From Phycisphaerales bacterium (GTDB lineage Bacteria; Planctomycetota; Phycisphaerae; Phycisphaerales; UBA1924): a stretch of 64,000 nucleotides of DNA. Where the stretch lies: NCBI GenBank assembly GCA_965227775.1, contig OZ245777.1, positions 2,592,001-2,656,000 of the forward strand, in the 5' to 3' direction. The translations under genes and the position numbers were made by a program. How positions within the stretch are numbered: position 1 is the first letter of the stretch; each line of letters opens with the position of its first letter. The notes under the pieces are model-generated. The model was not told the DNA's origin and did not search any database. It saw nothing but the letters and a program-made list of their open reading frames with translations. Below, in pieces: positions 31,090-40,829 of the stretch.

Positions 31090-31467
31090 ATGAGCGTCGC
31101 GGTCATCAAGGATGGGCGGGGCGAGAAGCGCGAAGCCGCGGGCTCGCTGCATACGCCGCCCCTGGGGCTGAAGGATCGCATCCCGACGGGACTCGGCCTG
31201 GCGTTGATCGCGATCTCGATCGCGTTCGTCTTCGCCGGGGCGTTGGCCATCTTCGTCGTAGGCGGGTGCTTTGCCATCTGGATGCTGTGGTGGTTCATCG
31301 CCGGCCGTCAGCAAGCGGCCGAGAGCCTGGTCGCCCATGGCACGTGCGCGTGCTGCGAGTATGAGCTCGTTGGTCTGCCGATCGAGCCAGATGGGTGCGT
31401 GGTCTGCCCTGAGTGCAGCGCGGCATGGAAGGTACACGCCAGCGAGGAGACATCCAGGACTAACTGA
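31090..31467 (+). CDS. Membrane protein with C-terminal zinc ribbon (paralog of the upstream gene)
   Basis: TM pair, then TCACCEYELVGLPIEPDGCVVCPECSAAWK. Confidence 0.7.
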   Translation: MSVAVIKDGRGEKREAAGSLHTPPLGLKDRIPTGLGLALIAISIAFVFAGALAIFVVGGCFAIWMLWWFIAGRQQAAESLVAHGTCACCEYELVGLPIEPDGCVVCPECSAAWKVHASEETSRTN

Positions 31468-32715
31468 TCAGCCTCTGCTGGCCCGTCGTGCGATGATCGC
31501 CGTGGGCTTCTCGCCAAGGCGTAGCACGAAGAGCGTGTACTCGTCTTCGCCCGTTCCGCGAAGGTCCTTCTGGAGCGCATCGGGATCAATCAGCTTGGCT
31601 CGGGTCTTGACCGTCACGATGCCCGCACCCAGATCTCGCAACCGGGCCTTCACGGCCCTGCGCTTCCACGGCATCGCGTCCAACACGTCGAACCGAGTCA
31701 GCCACGGTGATTCAACGATGTCCTCGCCCGTCAGCACGCCAACAGCCGGGTGGATCGGACGAAGCCCGTGCGTCATCGCAAACGCCCCGAGCAGTGAGCC
31801 GCGCTCGAGCGCGGGGTCAGCCTCGTACAGGTGCGCAAGCACGGGTTGTTCTGGACCGCTCGAGTCGTACCAATCGTCGAGTTCGATGAGCGGTCCGGGC
31901 TGGGCAAAAAATTGGTGCCCACCCGTCAGCATGGTCGCAACGCGGTGTCCCGGGCCTACGCCCTGCGACGCCGAGAGCGTGCCTGACCAGAGCAGCGCTT
32001 GCGTGAGGCGGCCGCGCTCGCTGAGCAGCTCAACGAACGAGCCCGGCGGACCGGGCAGGAGCGAGAAGTCGACACCCGGACCGAGCTTGACACACGCTCC
32101 GTCGGCCAAGTCAAGGATACGTTCGATGGCGTCGGGCCCGGGCAGATACTCCTCGTACCTGTGCGTTCGCTTCGTGCCGGTGCGCCGGCTTGGATCAAGG
32201 TGCACAAACGCGTGCTGCACGCGATCGAGCACCCCTTGATCTTCGACGTCCGCGACAAGCTGCTCGCAATCGGCGTTCTTCCACGCCATCCATGCCCGCA
32301 CCGCACTGCGATCGACACCTGTGACCGCCAGCCCGGCGCGGCCAAGTTCGTACGCATCGGCACCGATGCCACAACACAGATCCAGCGCCTGCGTCGCGCC
32401 AGCCTCGACGAACTTCGCCGCCTTGTGAGACGCGGCGAGCGCCGACGACGCCACCATCACCCCTTCTTCGTCGGCAACGAGCCGTTCGACAAGCTCGGGG
32501 CGGAGCTTGTCCTTGCCCCGAGTGCGGGCTCGCGACGCCTCGACCGCAACGGCGACGAGACCCTGTGGCCAGTCCTTACGCAGGGCCGACAGTTCGACGA
32601 CGCCCGGGTCGGGATCGACACAGATCAACTCCTGGGCCGGGCCGGTGTCCACGAACGCGCGCCAGTCTTCGAGGGGGAGATCCACGATTCGATCATTGCT
32701 CCCGGACGAGGCCAA
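31468..32715 (-). CDS. Class I SAM-dependent methyltransferase with THUMP-like C-terminal domain
   Basis: DLCCGIGAD motif I, 'LDPSRR', 'KLGPG', 'LYEADPA'; start codon uncertain. Confidence 0.8.
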   Translation of the reverse strand: MASSGSNDRIVDLPLEDWRAFVDTGPAQELICVDPDPGVVELSALRKDWPQGLVAVAVEASRARTRGKDKLRPELVERLVADEEGVMVASSALAASHKAAKFVEAGATQALDLCCGIGADAYELGRAGLAVTGVDRSAVRAWMAWKNADCEQLVADVEDQGVLDRVQHAFVHLDPSRRTGTKRTHRYEEYLPGPDAIERILDLADGACVKLGPGVDFSLLPGPPGSFVELLSERGRLTQALLWSGTLSASQGVGPGHRVATMLTGGHQFFAQPGPLIELDDWYDSSGPEQPVLAHLYEADPALERGSLLGAFAMTHGLRPIHPAVGVLTGEDIVESPWLTRFDVLDAMPWKRRAVKARLRDLGAGIVTVKTRAKLIDPDALQKDLRGTGEDEYTLFVLRLGEKPTAIIARRASRG

Positions 32716-32725
32716 CGATTACCGC

Positions 32726-33328
32726 ATGACCACACGCATCCTCGTGACCGGCTTCGAGCCCTTTGGCGGCAGCAACGACAACCCTTCCATGCGGATCGTG
32801 CACGCACTCGCCGACGATCCGCCCGCGGGCGTCGAGCTTGCCACCGGTGTGCTGCCGGTCACGTGGGCAGGAGCGTGGCCCGGCCTATTCGAACTCATGG
32901 GGCAGCATCGGCCCCATGTAATCCTGATGTTGGGCCAGAGCGGCAAGCGTTCTTCAGTGACCATTGAGCGATTCGCGCTCAACTTCGGCCGTGGCCGCAT
33001 CGCCGACAACGACGGGGTCGATCGCCCCGATAGCGCGCTCGTCGACGGCGCTCCTCTTGCGCTGGCTTCAACGATCGACGTCGATGGAGTGGTCAATGCA
33101 GTGGCTCTCACCGGAGTCCCAGCACGCCCGAGCCATGACGCGGGCGCGTGCGTGTGCAACCTCGTGCTCTTTCATTCGCTGCTGCACGCCACGCCTGGTC
33201 AGCGAGCAGGCTTCATCCACGTGCCCATGCTGCCCGGTCAGAAGGGCACCGAGAACGGCGAACCAACGATGGATGCTGCCGACAGCGGCAGAGCCGTTCG
33301 GGCGGCGATCGAATTCCTTCGCGCGTAG
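32726..33328 (+). CDS. pcp: Pyroglutamyl-peptidase I (C15)
   Basis: ILVTGFEPFGG..NPS, IER, DAGACVCN, GFIHVP. Confidence 0.92.
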   Translation: MTTRILVTGFEPFGGSNDNPSMRIVHALADDPPAGVELATGVLPVTWAGAWPGLFELMGQHRPHVILMLGQSGKRSSVTIERFALNFGRGRIADNDGVDRPDSALVDGAPLALASTIDVDGVVNAVALTGVPARPSHDAGACVCNLVLFHSLLHATPGQRAGFIHVPMLPGQKGTENGEPTMDAADSGRAVRAAIEFLRA

Positions 33329-33669
33329 AAGTGCTGCGAACTCAGAATCTGGAGTGCAATCCACTGCAACACCATCGTGAGGGCCGGTGGTTCCTGGTGC
33401 TGCGTTCTGCATCTTCCTCCGACGCGCTCCATGAACATCACCGACGGGGGACTCGACGCCCTGGTCTTCCAGCACGGATTCACTCAGGGTTGCAAGTGAC
33501 TTCACGAGTCAAGAAGCCGTGGGCGCTGCCCGAGTACTCGGATGCCCATCTCGCCTGCTCGAGCGGGCCATTCGCGTGGTACAGCGAACCGATTCGGGCA
33601 GAGAATCGGCCCCGGTATCCCAACAAACATGCAACAACGAGCATCTAAGCCCTTACCACAAAGAAGCCC

Positions 33670-33698
33670 TTGGCGCTCGAACCGATTTATGGTACCAT
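33670..33698 (+). promoter_or_regulatory. Possible sigma-70 promoter for the dockerin-protein cluster
   Basis: TTGGCG-N17-TACCAT with TGG immediately before the -10 element. Confidence 0.4.
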
Positions 33699-33752
33699 GG
33701 CCGCGAGCGGCCTCATGGGGGGGCAGCGCTCCTGCACATACGGAGTCAAGAC

Positions 33753-34463
33753 ATGACGAAGCTTCCTGTTCTCATGGCCGCTGCGGCGGCATCCACAATC
33801 TGCGCCCAGACTATGGCGCAGACCGTCATCATCAGCAACCATCCGGGTAACGACGGGACGCAGTCGGCCGCCATCAACGATTTCAGCCGCACCAAGGGCC
33901 TCGGCTTCGAGATGCCGATCGGTTCCGATCAGTCGTTGGTCGCCGTCACCATGCGCTTGGACATCACCGCGGTCGACGTCATCCCGCTGGTCGAGATCTA
34001 CAGCGATGGCGGTGGGGTGCCGGGCACCATGCTGACCACCCTGGAGAATCCTGCATCTTTCAGCCTGGGCATCGACGACTACGCCTTCACACCCAGCGAG
34101 TCGTTCACCCTCGTAGGCGGCGAGACGTATTGGATCGTCGCATCGTCGGCGTTCGGAACCTATGACTGGAAGGCCAGTTCGCCCGCCGAGACGCCCACCG
34201 GTCTTGCGACACACGTCGGCGCTACGTTCGGGGCCTATCCGCCCGTGACCTCGAGCAGCATCCTGAACACCTACTTCATCGAAGCGGGTACTGCCTGCCG
34301 CGTCGATCTCGATGGCGACGGCCAGTTGACCATCTTCGACTTCCTCGCCTACCAGAACCTGTTTGATCTAGGCGACCTCACCGCCGATTTCGACGGCGAC
34401 GGCGATCTGACCATCTTCGACTTCCTGGCGTTCCAGAACGAGTTCGACGCAGGTTGCGACTAA
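33753..34463 (+). CDS. Secreted protein (choice-of-anchor R-like beta-sandwich) with dockerin-GC module
   Basis: Signal peptide; 'IYSDGGGVPG..L', 'LVGGETYWIV'; ends FQNEFDAGCD. Confidence 0.85.
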   Translation: MTKLPVLMAAAAASTICAQTMAQTVIISNHPGNDGTQSAAINDFSRTKGLGFEMPIGSDQSLVAVTMRLDITAVDVIPLVEIYSDGGGVPGTMLTTLENPASFSLGIDDYAFTPSESFTLVGGETYWIVASSAFGTYDWKASSPAETPTGLATHVGATFGAYPPVTSSSILNTYFIEAGTACRVDLDGDGQLTIFDFLAYQNLFDLGDLTADFDGDGDLTIFDFLAFQNEFDAGCD

Positions 34464-34616
34464 TCGGGTTTTTTCACCGACGGGCTCGTCCCTTCGGGCT
34501 CGCGACCGTCATGGGCGTCCGAAAACGCCCCTGAAACCGATCCTCGTAACGCCGCTACGGGCCTTCCTGTAGCGGTTTTTGTTGCTCCAGGGGTTCCTTT
34601 TCGAGGAGAGATCACA

Positions 34617-35315
34617 ATGCGCAGCCTCCCTATCGCCACGCTAGCGACCGTCGCCGGCATTGCGTGTACCAACGCCGCCACCGCCCAAGAGTTCGTTGAG
34701 GGCGTCAACCACGACATTCCGCGACTGACCACGTGGACCGCGACACGCGGCCACGAGCAGGCTTTCCTGTGGACCGCCCAAAACGACTTCGACATGATCC
34801 AGATGCTCTGGCACACCAGCGCAATCAACGACGGCGTGATCCGCCTGCGCGAGAACAACGGCGGCCGGCCCGGTGCCGTTCTGCGCGAGGTTACCTTCTC
34901 GACCACCAGCATGGGGTGGGGCGGCGACGCATTCGACGATCCGTATCCGGTGCTTGCGGGCGAGCAGTACTTCGTCACTTTCACCAGTCGTACGAATGAC
35001 TACCGCGACTTCGTGGCCGTCGACGATCCCAGCGCCGTGCAGATGACTTACTACTGGCAGCCCTTCGATAGCGGATCGAGTTGGAACGGCCCCTTCTCGG
35101 GCGACCCCGGCCGCCGCCCGATCATGTTTTACGAGCCCGACGCGGCCTGCTACGCGGACTTCGACGGTGACGGTGAATTGACCATCTTCGACTTCCTCGG
35201 CTTCCAGAACGCCTTTGACGCCGGAGACGCGGCGGCCGATTGCGACGGTGATGCAGAACTCACGATCTTCGACTTCCTCTGCTTCCAGAACCTGTTCGAC
35301 GTCGGCTGCGGCTGA
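34617..35315 (+). CDS. Secreted protein with dockerin-GC module (4-Cys variant)
   Basis: Signal peptide; 'LRENNGGRPGAVL', 'VLAGEQYFV'; ends ADCDGD..FDFLCFQNLFDVGCG. Confidence 0.85.
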   Translation: MRSLPIATLATVAGIACTNAATAQEFVEGVNHDIPRLTTWTATRGHEQAFLWTAQNDFDMIQMLWHTSAINDGVIRLRENNGGRPGAVLREVTFSTTSMGWGGDAFDDPYPVLAGEQYFVTFTSRTNDYRDFVAVDDPSAVQMTYYWQPFDSGSSWNGPFSGDPGRRPIMFYEPDAACYADFDGDGELTIFDFLGFQNAFDAGDAAADCDGDAELTIFDFLCFQNLFDVGCG

Positions 35316-35403
35316 TCGAGGATCTTGGCGTTGGAGTGCGGTGTCGGGCCCATGGTGCGGCCCGGGCGCCATCGCCCACTCTTGGCGGGAAAGGACGTGC
35401 GGC

Positions 35404-36348
35404 ATGACGCTCTTTGGCAGCAAGCGTGCACGGGCATACGGCGTGTTGGTCTCACTGGCGGCCCTGGTCATCGCGCTCGCGGTCGGCGCTGCGCCCGGCA
35501 CGGCGCTCGCCGACGAGATGTGGGGCGTGGACTCCAGCGGGGACGGTCTGTACCTCTGGGACAGCGACACCGCCCGCGTCAAGTACGTGATCGGCCCGCT
35601 CCACCCCGATCCGTCGCGGTTCACCACGCCGGTCTCGATCGCCGTCAGCGATCGCCGAGTCATCTACGTCCAGAACAACTCGCCGCCCAGCGACGCGGGC
35701 CTGAGCACAATCGACCCGCTCACCGGGCGCGCCACGTACATTGGCCCAGGGCTCGGTGTCGAGGGCGCCATCAGCTTCGGGCCGGGCGGGCGGCTCTACG
35801 GGTTCGATCCGCTCAAGCGCTTGTGCACCGTCAACCTCTCGACGGGCGCGATCACCCGAGTGCCCGGGGCGCCCCGGCTGCCAATCGTCTACGGAATGGA
35901 CTACGACCCCGGCACCAACCGCTTCTTCGCCATCACCTCGCCGGCGATGGGCGCCACGCCCGACCTGCTGCAGATCGATCCGGCCACCGGCATCATCGTC
36001 AGCATCCGTGACACGGCGGTCCCGATCATCGGCGTGCCCAAAGGCCTGTCCTTCAACGTCGATGGCAACTTGATCATGACCAGTTCCGTCGCCGTCGCGT
36101 ACGTGCTCGATCCGGCGACCGGACGGCTGCTCGAAGAGATCCGCGGCGCCCGGCCCGAGCCGCAGGGCGTGGGGCTCGCGTGCCGGGGCGACTTCAACAA
36201 GTCGGGCAACGTCAACTTCCTGGACTTCCTCTCGTTCCAGAACGCGTTCGACGCGGGCGACCTCGCTGCCGACCTCGACTACGACGGCGTGCTGACGGTC
36301 TTCGACTTCCTGGAATTCCAGAACGTGTTCGCCGAGGGCTGCAGGTAG
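35404..36348 (+). CDS. Secreted beta-propeller-like protein with dockerin-GC module
   Basis: Repeats TIDPLTG/TVNLSTG/QIDPATG/VLDPATG; ends FQNVFAEGCR. Confidence 0.82.
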   Translation: MTLFGSKRARAYGVLVSLAALVIALAVGAAPGTALADEMWGVDSSGDGLYLWDSDTARVKYVIGPLHPDPSRFTTPVSIAVSDRRVIYVQNNSPPSDAGLSTIDPLTGRATYIGPGLGVEGAISFGPGGRLYGFDPLKRLCTVNLSTGAITRVPGAPRLPIVYGMDYDPGTNRFFAITSPAMGATPDLLQIDPATGIIVSIRDTAVPIIGVPKGLSFNVDGNLIMTSSVAVAYVLDPATGRLLEEIRGARPEPQGVGLACRGDFNKSGNVNFLDFLSFQNAFDAGDLAADLDYDGVLTVFDFLEFQNVFAEGCR

Positions 36349-36485
36349 TTCGATGCCGCGCCGTCAAGTTCTGGCGAAGCGTACATCTACGAAGCAACGA
36401 CCCGCTGGAGGCAAGGCCGCCGGTGGGCCGGATCGGGCTTCAACCGCACCCGAGCAGGATCGTTTGGTTGTGCGGACCAGCCTTG

Positions 36486-37052
36486 TCAGGTCGTTCGCCG
36501 CCGACGAATGCAGCAGGCGCCCAGACCGACGAGTGCCAGTGACGCACTCGAGGGTAGGGGAATGGCGGTTGAGTCCAGGAAGTCGCTGCGATCGGGATTC
36601 CAGCCGGTTGCGGAGCCGCCTCCGACTTGAGACATCGTGGTCCCGTCCCAGATCCACCGCACGATACCAAGGCGCGCTTCGCCGTCGAAGAAGGCTTCCT
36701 CGAAGGTCACCGTATCGGTGATGGCCCCGGACATGAACAACGAGAGGTCGCCAGCCCATGGCGTGCCGGCCGGATATCCGTCGCGCTCGTAGCCGACGGT
36801 ATCCGGGGTCAAGCCGCCGCTGGAGTAGTAGCGAGTAACGAGGCCGAGCGCGGCCGGAGCGTCGTACTGCACACCCGGATCATCAAAGGGATCGCCGGAA
36901 GTCACCCGCCACGCGACGAAATCTGTGCCCGACGCATACGAGCGCACAAAGCTGCCGATCGTAAAACCAAGGTCCACCGGGTCGGCATTTGCCACCCCAA
37001 CGGTCAGGCTTCCGACCGCCACAACACACGCAACACGCAACGGCTTCTGCAT
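36486..37052 (-). CDS. Secreted protein with PEP-CTERM/VPLPA-like sorting signal
   Basis: Signal peptide from ATG 37052; C-terminus IPLPSSASLALVGLGACCIRRRRTT. Confidence 0.8.
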   Translation of the reverse strand: MQKPLRVACVVAVGSLTVGVANADPVDLGFTIGSFVRSYASGTDFVAWRVTSGDPFDDPGVQYDAPAALGLVTRYYSSGGLTPDTVGYERDGYPAGTPWAGDLSLFMSGAITDTVTFEEAFFDGEARLGIVRWIWDGTTMSQVGGGSATGWNPDRSDFLDSTAIPLPSSASLALVGLGACCIRRRRTT

Positions 37053-37171
37053 CGGCTCTCCCCCAAGCCCGCGATGGGGTCCAGCCATCGGGGTCAGGTT
37101 GAGTCTACGGGCCCCAGACGCTGGACGCAAGTACGCGGTGACGATCATGCCAATCCGCGCCAACGGTGCCC

Positions 37172-38758
37172 TTACACCCGGATCGTCGTCCAAGTCCCCT
37201 GTCCGAATCGCACAGCAAAGACGATACCACGAACAAGCAGCTCACCGCACAAGGCCAGCCACATGCGCGCGAGGCTGGGCTCCCAGTCCATGAGCTCGCC
37301 TAACGGATTGGGCATCTCACCGCCACCGAGGAAGTCTGGCAACGGCAACCTCACACCGCTCGCGAGGTACGCCGCAGGCAGCCGGATGCCATAGGTTGTG
37401 ACCCAGGTCAGCCCCATGACCACACGCACGTCGCCCACGCCGCGCAGGGCCTGGCGGAACACGATGGCTAGTGCGAAGGGAACCTGGACCACGCCACAGA
37501 TCATCAGCAGCTGCGGCACAATCTCGCGGTGCTCGGGCACAGGCGTGAGGACGTTGGTGATCTCGGTCGGAAACAAGAACATCAGTAAGCCCAGCGAGCC
37601 CATGAGCAGCGACGCGAGAGCCGCGCAGATGAGCACGCCGCGGATGGCATGCCGCGGGCTGCCGGCGCCGAGGTACTGGCCCGCGAGTGTGGCCGCGGCG
37701 ATGCCCATGGCAAAGCCCGGCAGGAAGCTGATCGCCTCGATCCGGATCGCCCACATGTGCGAGCCCAACAGGCCCGCGCTCTGGCCCGGAGTCGAGGCCG
37801 CGAGCGTCTGCATGGCGTCCTTGGCGGCAAGATGCGCGACGAAGAACACGATCGCGAAGTTACCAACCCACATGCCCAGGGTCTCGAAGTAGTTGGGCAG
37901 GCCCAGCCGAACGAGCCGCCGGATGGTGTGCCAGTGGGGCCGCAGCCGGCGCACGCGGAGCTTGACACCCGAAGCGCCCGCGAAACAGAAGCCCAGAATG
38001 AGCAGCGCGCCCACCGCATCGCCCGCGACCGTGCCGATGGCGATGCCCACGATGCCCATGTCGAAGCTAAAGGGATTCTCAAGGAACGGCAAGTCGATTC
38101 CGCTGAGTGCGAAGCTCACGAGGATGTTCACGACATTGCGCGCGATCATCGCCCACAAGGGGCGCACCGAGTCGCCCGCCCCGCGGAGGCACGCGATCCC
38201 ACCGAAGAGCAGCCCTGCCAGCGGTGTCCCTGCGGCGATCACCAGCATGTAGAACCGGAAGGCCTTGGTACCCGCGTCACTGAGATCCATGAAGCCTGGA
38301 ATCCACGTCGTGCTGACCGCTACGAGACCGCCAACCGCCGACGCAAGAAACATACTCAGCAGAACACACTGGGCCATCGCCGCACCGGCCACGCCCATGC
38401 GCCCGCGACCAACCGACCGGCTGATGAGGCTGGTGGCGCCCATGCCCAGGGCCATAAACGTCAGGCCGATGAACCACATGATGTAGCTGGCCGCGCTGAT
38501 GGCATCGACCGCGTCAACGGCCGAAACGCCCAGCGATCCCAGACCATCCTCGCTCCCAACCCCGATCTGGCTGGCCAGCACCGTGTCGGTGAGACCGACG
38601 AGTGCGTTCAGAGCACTCTCGACCAGAATGGGCCAGCTGAGCACCCAGATAGCCATCGGCATGCTCAGGCCCTTCAGCCGCCCAGACCGCAGACGCCCCT
38701 GGGCATCGAGCCCCTTCGCGTCATCCGGCGGCCCGCGCAAGATGTCCACGACGCCCAT
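37172..38758 (-). CDS. MATE family efflux transporter
   Basis: 'LSWPILVE', 'CLRGAGDSVRP', 'AAATLAGQYLGAG', 'ALRGVGD'; start may be 38818. Confidence 0.92.
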   Translation of the reverse strand: MGVVDILRGPPDDAKGLDAQGRLRSGRLKGLSMPMAIWVLSWPILVESALNALVGLTDTVLASQIGVGSEDGLGSLGVSAVDAVDAISAASYIMWFIGLTFMALGMGATSLISRSVGRGRMGVAGAAMAQCVLLSMFLASAVGGLVAVSTTWIPGFMDLSDAGTKAFRFYMLVIAAGTPLAGLLFGGIACLRGAGDSVRPLWAMIARNVVNILVSFALSGIDLPFLENPFSFDMGIVGIAIGTVAGDAVGALLILGFCFAGASGVKLRVRRLRPHWHTIRRLVRLGLPNYFETLGMWVGNFAIVFFVAHLAAKDAMQTLAASTPGQSAGLLGSHMWAIRIEAISFLPGFAMGIAAATLAGQYLGAGSPRHAIRGVLICAALASLLMGSLGLLMFLFPTEITNVLTPVPEHREIVPQLLMICGVVQVPFALAIVFRQALRGVGDVRVVMGLTWVTTYGIRLPAAYLASGVRLPLPDFLGGGEMPNPLGELMDWEPSLARMWLALCGELLVRGIVFAVRFGQGTWTTIRV

Positions 38759-38972
38759 GGCGTTCCGCCAGTCGAGGGCACCGGCGATGCGGGCGAGCTT
38801 TTGTGAGCGTCCGTTCATGAGCGAACCCAGATGGTAGAGCCACTGCTGGCCGCACCCCAGGGCTGCAGTGATCGGGGTTCCACCCTTCTGGCATGCTCTG
38901 GAGGGCCGATTGTGAAAATCACGATATGAAACGATGTAGATTCGATGAACATGCTCGCAAAAGGGGGCCCGC

Positions 38973-40613
38973 ATGCTATGGACAGGAGCCTGGACGCTCG
39001 CGATCGCCACCACTTTGCCGATCGGGATTGGGCCCGCTAGCGGCGACGTGGAGGATCTCGCCCCCAGAGTGCCGATCCCCAAGCCCGACGTGCCACCCCA
39101 GATGTTCGCCGAAGGCTTCGATCACCGCCTCAGTGTGAAGTTCCACGATGCTGTGCGGGCGAGGTCCGAAGCCGGGAGGCTGGTGAGCCTCGCGGGCCAG
39201 GATCTTGCCCCGCTGCTGGCGGCACTCGACGATGGCCGCGATACGCCGGTCGTGTTCCGCCCGCTCATCGATCTACCTCGCGTCGACCTGGACCGGATCG
39301 AGCGAGAGGCTGCCCAGCACAGCGGCCGCGCCCAACCAGACCTGAGCGGGATGTTCTTTGTGGAGACAGCCGATCTCCATCGTGCCGCCGCAGTGCTGCA
39401 CGCGAGCAACCTGGTGGAGATCGCGTACTTCGAGCCGCTGGGCATGCCGCCGCCGGGCTCGTCCCAAGCCTCCAACGGATGCTTCGATGTTGCACCCTTC
39501 ACCGATGCGTACTGCGAGTTCCAGGTCTATCGCGGTCAGGAGTATGGCATCGGCATGGACGCGGCCTGGGCGCTGCCTGGCGGCCGCGGCCAAGGAGTGC
39601 GCGTCGCCGACTGCGAGTATGGCTACCGCGACCAACACGAGGACCTGTGCAAGGTCACGTGCGAACCAGGCGTCGAGGTCCATCCAAGCGTGTACGCGTA
39701 CGGCTGGCACGAACACGGAACGGCGGTGCTAGGTCAGATGGTCGGCGGTGACAACGGATACGGCGTAACCGGGCTGGTGCCAGATGCGCAAGCATCATTC
39801 TTCCATGAGTGGACGGTCACGGGGCGGCGCCGGGTCGAAGCCATCACCGCGGCCATCGCATCGGTCGACGCAGGTGACGTGGTGCTGTTAGAAATGCAGA
39901 TCTTCGGCGCTGGGGGCAGCTACGGACCCGCGGAACTCGACCCGATGGTCTGGATCGTGACTCGCTTGGGCGTCGACCGCGGCGTGTGCGTCGTTGCCGC
40001 AGCGGGCAACGGAAACCAAAACCTCGACTCGGATCCATATGCCGAATACATGGCCCGGGGCGACAGCGGGGCGATCATTGTCGGCGCAGGCACCGCCGAC
40101 AGACGACGCGACAAGCTTGGCTTCAGCACGTTCGGCAGCCGCGTGGATGTCCAAGCCTGGGGCGAGAGCGTGTTCACAGCTGGGTATGGCGACTTCGTTG
40201 CGGTGGGCGGAGACGCCGATCAGAGCTACACCGCGCTCTTCTCGGGAACGAGCTCTGCGTCGCCCATCGTCGCATCGGCGGTGGTGAGCCTCCAGGGGAT
40301 CTACCGGGCAGCCAACGGCGTCGCGATGGACCCGTCACAGGTCCGCCAGTTGCTCGTGGAAACAGGCAAGGCGCAGGGATCGGGAGGGCATATCGGACCC
40401 TTGCCCGACATGGCCGCGGCGGTGGGTCGACTGAGCAATCCGAGCTGCCGGGTGGACCTCGACCTGGACGGCGAGCTGACCGTGTTCGACTTCCTTTTCT
40501 TCCAGACCGCCTTCGAAACCCAGGAGACGGTCGCTGACTTCGATGGCGATGGCCTGCTGACGATCCTCGACTTCCTGGCATTCCAGAACGGGTTCGATTC
40601 GGGCTGCCCCTGA
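38973..40613 (+). CDS. Secreted S8 (subtilisin-like) serine peptidase with dockerin-GC module
   Basis: Triad ADCE / EHGT / GTSSASP, oxyanion AAGNG; ends FQNGFDSGCP. Confidence 0.9.
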   Translation: MLWTGAWTLAIATTLPIGIGPASGDVEDLAPRVPIPKPDVPPQMFAEGFDHRLSVKFHDAVRARSEAGRLVSLAGQDLAPLLAALDDGRDTPVVFRPLIDLPRVDLDRIEREAAQHSGRAQPDLSGMFFVETADLHRAAAVLHASNLVEIAYFEPLGMPPPGSSQASNGCFDVAPFTDAYCEFQVYRGQEYGIGMDAAWALPGGRGQGVRVADCEYGYRDQHEDLCKVTCEPGVEVHPSVYAYGWHEHGTAVLGQMVGGDNGYGVTGLVPDAQASFFHEWTVTGRRRVEAITAAIASVDAGDVVLLEMQIFGAGGSYGPAELDPMVWIVTRLGVDRGVCVVAAAGNGNQNLDSDPYAEYMARGDSGAIIVGAGTADRRRDKLGFSTFGSRVDVQAWGESVFTAGYGDFVAVGGDADQSYTALFSGTSSASPIVASAVVSLQGIYRAANGVAMDPSQVRQLLVETGKAQGSGGHIGPLPDMAAAVGRLSNPSCRVDLDLDGELTVFDFLFFQTAFETQETVADFDGDGLLTILDFLAFQNGFDSGCP

Positions 40614-40829
40614 TCGGGGAGGCGGCAAGAATTCGACACCAAAAATTTGGGTTTCAGGCACGAAAAGGGCTTCCATCCCGAACCCAAATCGGGTATACCT
40701 TTGACTAGAAAGGGCCGCGCGCGACCCCCAGGGGTGGGGTCGGCGACGGTTCGTGTCCAGCTGCCAAAGGCCGCAACCGGCCAAGGCAGCGGCACCTTGG
40801 CTGCTTGAAATAGCCTAAGGAGAGGTGAT

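Noticed and set aside
33329..33660. Gene or ncRNA in the long intergenic region after pcp
   Set aside because: ORFs lack RBS or recognisable motifs; no tRNA or riboswitch consensus seen.
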